Positions 58,402 through 64,000 of a stretch of 64,000 nt of DNA are shown piece by piece. Source of the DNA: Calditrichia bacterium (GTDB lineage: Bacteria; Calditrichota; Calditrichia; JAJRVZ01); contig CAWCNS010000005.1 of the NCBI GenBank assembly GCA_963796965.1, positions 160,001-224,000 of the forward strand, given 5' to 3'. Both the position numbers and the translations under genes were made by a program. Below the pieces are notes generated by a model. That model searched no databases, had not been told where the DNA came from, and saw nothing but the letters and a program-made list of their open reading frames with translations. Numbering within the stretch: position 1 is the stretch's first letter; every line of letters begins with the position of its first letter.

Positions 58402-58444
58402 TGAAGACACCATGCCAGTTAATATTCAGGTGATGGTGTCTTCA
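58402..58444 (-). terminator. Hairpin downstream of pepD
   Basis: tgaagacaccat pairs with atggtgtcttca (12-bp IR). Confidence 0.55.
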
Positions 58445-58455
58445 CTTTCGTATGA

Positions 58456-59907
58456 CTAAAGTCTTTTCAAAAGGGCAAGCAAAAAATCCCAACAGTTGTT
58501 AACGGATGAAACCATAACCCGTTCATCAGGAGAATGTGCACCTTCAATAGTTGGTCCGAATGATATCATGTCCATTCCTTCATACTTCTCACCAATAATC
58601 CCACATTCCAAACCAGCATGTATCGCCTTTACCTCTGCTTCCTGCCCGGTTATATCTTTGTAGGCCTCGGTTGAAAATTTGAGAAGCGCTGAATCTGGAT
58701 TAGGTTCCCATGAAGGGTAACCCCCACCTTGCTCAATGTCAAAGCCGGCCAATTCACCGATGGCTTTCACTTTTCCGGCAATGTCCACAATAGCAGTGGC
58801 GAGCGAACTACGTTGACTTGTTAATAATTCAATTGAGTCTTCTTTTGTCTCAGCAATCGCCATATTTGTTGAAGTTTCAACGAGACCATCTACGGCATGA
58901 CTCATTTCCAGTACACCGTGAGGAATGGAATAAAGCAAACGGATAAGATTGTTTTGTAATTCCTGGCTCATGAATTTTGCGGCATCTGGCACATCTTCAA
59001 TTTCTATCGAGACATTTTTATCTGAAAATTGCAGCTCATTTTTAATATCTTTGTCAGTTTGACTTGCTAATGATTGAACTTTTCTGAAATCCGATTCGGC
59101 TATCGTTATAATAGCCTCTGCTTCCCGGGGAATTGCATTATGTTTATTACCACCATTAATGCTTGTCAAATTGAAATCAATCTCGGCGCTCAGGTTGTAT
59201 AGGAAACGGCTGAGAAGTTTTATTGAATTTCCAAATCCCTCATGGATATTGAGACCAGAATGCCCACCACGCAGACCACCTACTCTGACTAATATGCTTT
59301 TTGCCCCAACAGCAGTGGTTTGCCATTCTATTTTATGTCTGAGAATTGTATGCTGGCCTCCCGCACAACCAATATAAAAAGCACCTTCTTCTTCAGAGTC
59401 CAGGTTGATTAAAATTTTTCCCTTGACGAAATCAGACGTTAATCCGTTTGCACCGGTTAATCCGGTTTCTTCATCAACGGTGAAAAGAAATTCCATGGGT
59501 GGATGATCGAGTGAAGAGTCTTCCATAATTGCTAATGCATAGGCCACACCGATGCCATTATCAGCACCCAATGTGGTTCCATCTGCTTTGATCCACTCTC
59601 CATCTTGCACAAGTTTTATAGGATCTTTAAGGAAATCGTGTTCCGTATCGTTGTTTTTTTCGCAAACCATGTCGATATGCCCCTGAATGACAACGCCCGT
59701 ATTATCTTCCTTGCCGGAAGAGGCTGATTTACGAACTATAATATTACCCAATTTATCTTTCGTAAAGGGCAGGTTATTCTTTTTTGCAACTGATATAATA
59801 TAGTCACCGACAGCTTCCTCATCCCCTGAACCTCGTGGGATCTGGCTAATTGCCTCAAATTGTTGCCATACTGAAATTGGCTTTAATCCTTCGATTGTAG
59901 AATTCAC
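58456..59907 (-). CDS. pepD: Aminoacyl-histidine dipeptidase (M20C)
   Basis: QGHIDMVCEK, TTLGADNGIG, DEETGL, NLDSEEEG, GGHSG, IHAGLECG and HSPDE. Confidence 0.96.
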   Translation of the reverse strand: MNSTIEGLKPISVWQQFEAISQIPRGSGDEEAVGDYIISVAKKNNLPFTKDKLGNIIVRKSASSGKEDNTGVVIQGHIDMVCEKNNDTEHDFLKDPIKLVQDGEWIKADGTTLGADNGIGVAYALAIMEDSSLDHPPMEFLFTVDEETGLTGANGLTSDFVKGKILINLDSEEEGAFYIGCAGGQHTILRHKIEWQTTAVGAKSILVRVGGLRGGHSGLNIHEGFGNSIKLLSRFLYNLSAEIDFNLTSINGGNKHNAIPREAEAIITIAESDFRKVQSLASQTDKDIKNELQFSDKNVSIEIEDVPDAAKFMSQELQNNLIRLLYSIPHGVLEMSHAVDGLVETSTNMAIAETKEDSIELLTSQRSSLATAIVDIAGKVKAIGELAGFDIEQGGGYPSWEPNPDSALLKFSTEAYKDITGQEAEVKAIHAGLECGIIGEKYEGMDMISFGPTIEGAHSPDERVMVSSVNNCWDFLLALLKRL

Positions 59908-60118
59908 CCAAAGCTCCTTTCAAACTAATATGTATATATTAACCGCAACACGGTAGAAGATACACATTTTAGTTATTAATACTCTTGTGTTTTTTGCCAT
60001 TATATTGTATTCCCGTCATTGGCAAGATCATTTCTTTGCGGTTAGATTGATTTAATTTAAGAAATATACAAAACTTATTTATATTTGATCAAATTGGTAA
60101 AAAGAAAATTCATAATTT

Positions 60119-60958
60119 ATGAAAACAGTTATTTCTGCATCACGTCGAACCGACATTCCTGCCTTCTACTTATCCTGGTTTATGGATGCCATAAGAGTTG
60201 GAGAGATTTCGGTTAATAATCCTCTGTACAGAAACACGATTACCCGGGTTGAGCTAAATCCTGAAAATGTTTCATGGATAGTATTTTGGTCCCGAAACTA
60301 TAAAAATCTAATAAAAAACCATTCTTTTTTTTCTGACTATCAATTGTTTTTTCATTTTACAATCATCTCTCATCATCGGGTTCTGGAAAAATATTTTCTT
60401 AAACAGAAGATAGCACTTAAACAAATCGCTTCTCTGGTGAAATTCTATGGTCCAAATCGAATAATCTGGCGTTATGACCCAATAGTTATTTGGAAGGAAT
60501 TGAACCAAATTCATACTAATTATAATTCAGAAAATTATAGATATTTATGTGAGCATATCTCGGGCTTGGGTGTTCACCGTTGTTATTTTAGTTTTGCAAC
60601 TCCCTATTTAAAATTCCGGCAGCGATTTAAAAAGAAGTCACCTGAGTCAATTCTACTTAGTCCGGAGGAAAGCAATTTGGATATAATTCTTAGAGATATG
60701 CGCGATATAGCAGCAGGTTATGGAATTTCTCTTTATTCTTGTTGTAATGATGATCTAATTGGAAACAATACATTTAAAGGGAAATGTATTTCTGGCTCCC
60801 TATTGAATAATCAGTATCCTGGTAGCAGGGTCAGCGAGGCAAAACATGCTACACGGCAAGATTGTGGTTGTACCCGTTCGATTGACATTGGGGACTATAT
60901 CAGGCATCCCTGTCCTAGTGGATGTATCTATTGTTACGCTAATCCGGTATGGGAATGA
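60119..60958 (+). CDS. DUF1848-family protein
   Basis: ISASRRTDIPAFY, IVFWSRN, WRYDPI and C-terminal CGC..SIDIG.Y...CP.GC.YCYAN. Confidence 0.93.
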   Translation: MKTVISASRRTDIPAFYLSWFMDAIRVGEISVNNPLYRNTITRVELNPENVSWIVFWSRNYKNLIKNHSFFSDYQLFFHFTIISHHRVLEKYFLKQKIALKQIASLVKFYGPNRIIWRYDPIVIWKELNQIHTNYNSENYRYLCEHISGLGVHRCYFSFATPYLKFRQRFKKKSPESILLSPEESNLDIILRDMRDIAAGYGISLYSCCNDDLIGNNTFKGKCISGSLLNNQYPGSRVSEAKHATRQDCGCTRSIDIGDYIRHPCPSGCIYCYANPVWE

Positions 60959-61117
60959 CTCTGTGAAACGTGAAAAGTAGGGGCGGACCCTATTAATATT
61001 CAATATTGAACAGGGAATATCCAAGTATGAAGTAAACGGATTGTAGGGGTTTTACGGTGATATGTATGATTATGAAAAACTATCCGGTATCCGGAATCGG
61101 GTATCGAACCTTCAGAT

Positions 61118-61727
61118 TTATACATCCAAATATTTTACCAAATCTTCCCTCTCGGAAAGATGTACAATAAGATCCTCACGATGCATATCGTCAATTCTTT
61201 CCTTGGCCACCTTTATAGGTACTTTATACCTATAACAGAAATGCCAGAGATCAATTGAGCCACGAAATGTCTCTACCAGAAAAGCCTCTTCAAAGGACAA
61301 GGTTATACCCTCATTGACTTTCACGCCAATATCTTCCATTTTTTCCATACCTTTAGGTTTTATATGACGTCCTGTAAACCAATAATTGTCAACACCAATC
61401 AGGTCACAGATAGGAAAACCATTGCTAAATTTTATAAAGTGATGCAAAAAATCGATACTAATGCAATAAGGTTCGGTGCCATCTTCCCATAAATCATTCC
61501 AAATGGGTGGGTCGTTTTGTTTAAGCCATTCAAAGAATTGTATCTCATCTTCAGGTAGGCTTCATCATAGCACGTCCATGGAAATGCTCTTCAATTTTCT
61601 TTGTTTTGGTTTTATCTAATTTTGATAATTCCTCAGTACTAAATTGTAGGCAATGATCCGACTCGAGCATCTTCTCCTTGGAGTCAATTAATTTTGAAAT
61701 ATATGATCTTTGTTTTTCTGTTGTCAT
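61118..61727 (-). CDS. Hypothetical protein (single gene, frameshift near 61560)
   Basis: The two ORFs join via LPEDEIQFFEWLKQNDPPIWNDLW into FPICDL..VDNYWF. Confidence 0.6.
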
Positions 61728-61939
61728 CTTCTTCTTCCGCTTGGTATCGGTGGAAAAGTAAACATATTTACCAGTCAATGTCAACTTTCCTCTATTTTGG
61801 ATCGAAATGTCGGAGTTTATAAATATCTCATGGTTTAAATCTCTTTCAATTGTGTTGTCATTGGTGTCTGAGTGGATTAAATATGAGAATTTAATCGTTA
61901 AACTTTTAAACTAAATAATAACACGATATCATCTTCAAT

Positions 61940-62952
61940 ATGACTAAACAATACATAATTTCATATATGATAATGTTCCTGACAGGCTTTTGGAATTCAC
62001 CTGTTCCATCGTATAACAACAAGGAATTTTTTAAAGGTATGACCATCTCCTGTCAAACCTGGGGATATGAATGGGCTACACCGGAGATGAGGGAGACCAT
62101 GGTCGAATTGAAATCTTTGGGTGTCAATTGGATCTCAATCCATCCCTATGCCCGAGTTCGGGAAAGTGGAAGTGTGAGTCATAGAAAGAGTAAGTCTTCT
62201 GACCATATTCGCACTCCTTTGAATTGGGGAAAGGAGATTAAACCTTAATGTAATGATTAAACCTCATCTGGCTTATTGGGGAACAACGTTCAGTTGGCGG
62301 GGAGAAATTAAATTTACATCTGATTCAGACTGGCAATTATTTTTTAGAGACTATACTGCCTGGATATTAGAAATGGCTAAATTAGCGGAAGAAGGTCAAT
62401 CCCAGGTGTTTTGCATTGGAACTGAATTAACCCACTCGCTTCCGTTTAAATCAGAGTGGCGTTCGCTAATCAGAAAAGTACGCCGTGTTTATACAGGGAA
62501 ATTGACGTATGCTGCAAACTGGAATAGTCTATCGGGAGGTGACTTTTTGGGATGACCTGGATTATATCGGTATCCAGGCTTATTTTCCTTTATCAAAAGA
62601 GGAATATCCTTCGGAATATTTACTCAACAGGGGGTGGGATACTGTTTTTGAGGAAATAGAATCCTTTGCAGAAGAGCAAGATAAAAAGGTGATATTTACA
62701 GAAATTGGATACGATGTTTCAAATAAAGCGGCCAGCGAACCATGGGTATCTCAAAGATCATCAGAAGAGCAGGCGCGTCGATTACAGGAAACTTGTTTGA
62801 AAATTGCACTTTCAAGAACGGCAGGGAGTGAATATCTAAGTGGTATTTTTTTATGGAAATGGTTTCCTGAAACGCAAAAATTTCATCACTACGAGGATTA
62901 TAATCTTCAAACCCCTGAAATCAAGGATTTAATAAGAAGCATGTGGCAATAG
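61940..62952 (+). CDS. GH113-like / GTA-type TIM-barrel glycoside hydrolase; two frameshifts
   Basis: IKPHL, WRGEI, IGTEL, TYAANW, IGIQAYFPL and FTEIGY. Confidence 0.8.
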
Positions 62953-62959
62953 TTCCAAA

Positions 62960-64000
62960 CTATTTTATCATCAAATTATCTATTTTCTCCTCAACTCTTT
63001 CTATTACTTTATTCAACTTATTAAGCGCGACCGTATCCAGATCACGAGAATGTGAAATCATTTCTTGAACAAATTTCTTGTCTTCAATCTCTTTCAAATT
63101 AATTAAAACGTTAAAAATTCCTCCTTTCACGCCGGTATAGGCTATTTGGGCGCCAACCCCTGCATCCGTCACAGAATTTATATTGCCTTTTTCAACAGCA
63201 ATGGCAGCCAGATCAATTGCCTGCTCACTATATTGTGCTGTGGCCATAGGTACTGCAACAGCCTTTTTCAAACCTGCCTGCAGAGCCTGATTTTTTATTC
63301 TTTTTTCTTTATCGGTTTTTTGTGGTAATCGACGTGCATCCATATAGGCGTTAAAGGCGTTTGTATCTTCATCAATTGCCTTAACTAATAGATCTTTAAT
63401 CTCCTGGGCCTTTTCTGCTACGGGTTTTAGATCGTCTTCCACCTTTTCCGACCCTCTTTTACCAATTGAGAGGTTTGCTACCATGGAGGTGAGCGCTGCC
63501 CCGAGAGCTCCTGCTAAGGCAGCAATGGAACCTCCTCCTGGTGCCGGAGATTCTCTGGATACTTCATCAATAAAATCATTAACGTTTAACCTAATAAGAT
63601 CCTTATCGGTTGAATTTGGCAAACCAAGAACACGTTCATCAATATTAAATTTTGCCACATCATTCAACCCAAGAGATTGGACAGCAATTTCTAGTATGTC
63701 TCTGTAAGGTATACCTGCAGAACGTTTTTGCTGATGCAAATAAAACCTGCCACTCTCAAGCAGGGCAGGATAGGGAACCATTCCGACTACTTCGCTACCT
63801 GTTACAATCAATCCCCGATCTGCTGCTAATTTTCGGGTTGTTTCAAGAATTGCATGCATGGGTGTGACTTTATAATTGGTTAGATTTATAGAAATCTGGG
63901 CCCGGTTGTATTCAGGTACCATCCAGCCAATTGCTTTTGAATGTTCAAATAGCCCTGGTTTTTTGACCGATTGTCCATCCGCGTGATCCGGATCAATCCC
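62960..64000 (-). CDS. ftcd: Glutamate formiminotransferase / cyclodeaminase (FTCD), 5' part outside window
   Basis: KAIGW...AQISINL and GSEVVGMVP (transferase), then SPAPGGGSIAA, DEDTNAF and NVLINL (cyclodeaminase). Confidence 0.92.
   Translation of the reverse strand, partial: GIDPDHADGQSVKKPGLFEHSKAIGWMVPEYNRAQISINLTNYKVTPMHAILETTRKLAADRGLIVTGSEVVGMVPYPALLESGRFYLHQQKRSAGIPYRDILEIAVQSLGLNDVAKFNIDERVLGLPNSTDKDLIRLNVNDFIDEVSRESPAPGGGSIAALAGALGAALTSMVANLSIGKRGSEKVEDDLKPVAEKAQEIKDLLVKAIDEDTNAFNAYMDARRLPQKTDKEKRIKNQALQAGLKKAVAVPMATAQYSEQAIDLAAIAVEKGNINSVTDAGVGAQIAYTGVKGGIFNVLINLKEIEDKKFVQEMISHSRDLDTVALNKLNKVIERVEEKIDNLMIK

Overview
AT-rich bacterial chromosomal window, probably Calditrichota or a related FCB-group lineage (inferred from a secretion-type C-terminal sorting domain, DUF3078/DUF4136 outer-membrane genes and BtuB/BtuG). 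Many genes, including housekeeping ones, are split by single-base frameshifts, which suggests an unpolished long-read assembly. From left to right: 3' part of radA; a HypD-type glycyl radical enzyme with its activase; mtaB-miaB; a ~32 kb minus-strand Wzx/Wzy polysaccharide locus (8.7-40.8 kb) rich in tailoring genes (carbamoyltransferase-SxtJ-SGNH-DUF5989, CoA ligase, amino-acid dehydrogenase, ATP-grasp, nucleotidyltransferase/kinases, heparinase II/III-like) with two embedded secreted proteins; two paralogous pseudo-receiver/AraC-type regulators upstream of that locus, largely missed by the ORF track; a PP2C phosphatase; a cobalamin riboswitch controlling btuB and a btuG-like gene; bacterioferritin; an outer-membrane protein cluster; an orphan histidine kinase; Sua5/YciO, DUF72, pepD, DUF1848, a GH113-like gene and the 3' part of ftcd. 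Intergenic spaces hold several families of REP/MITE-like inverted repeats and heptamer tandem arrays. I saw no tRNA, rRNA, CRISPR array or transposase. All family calls come from motif recognition by eye, not database searches.
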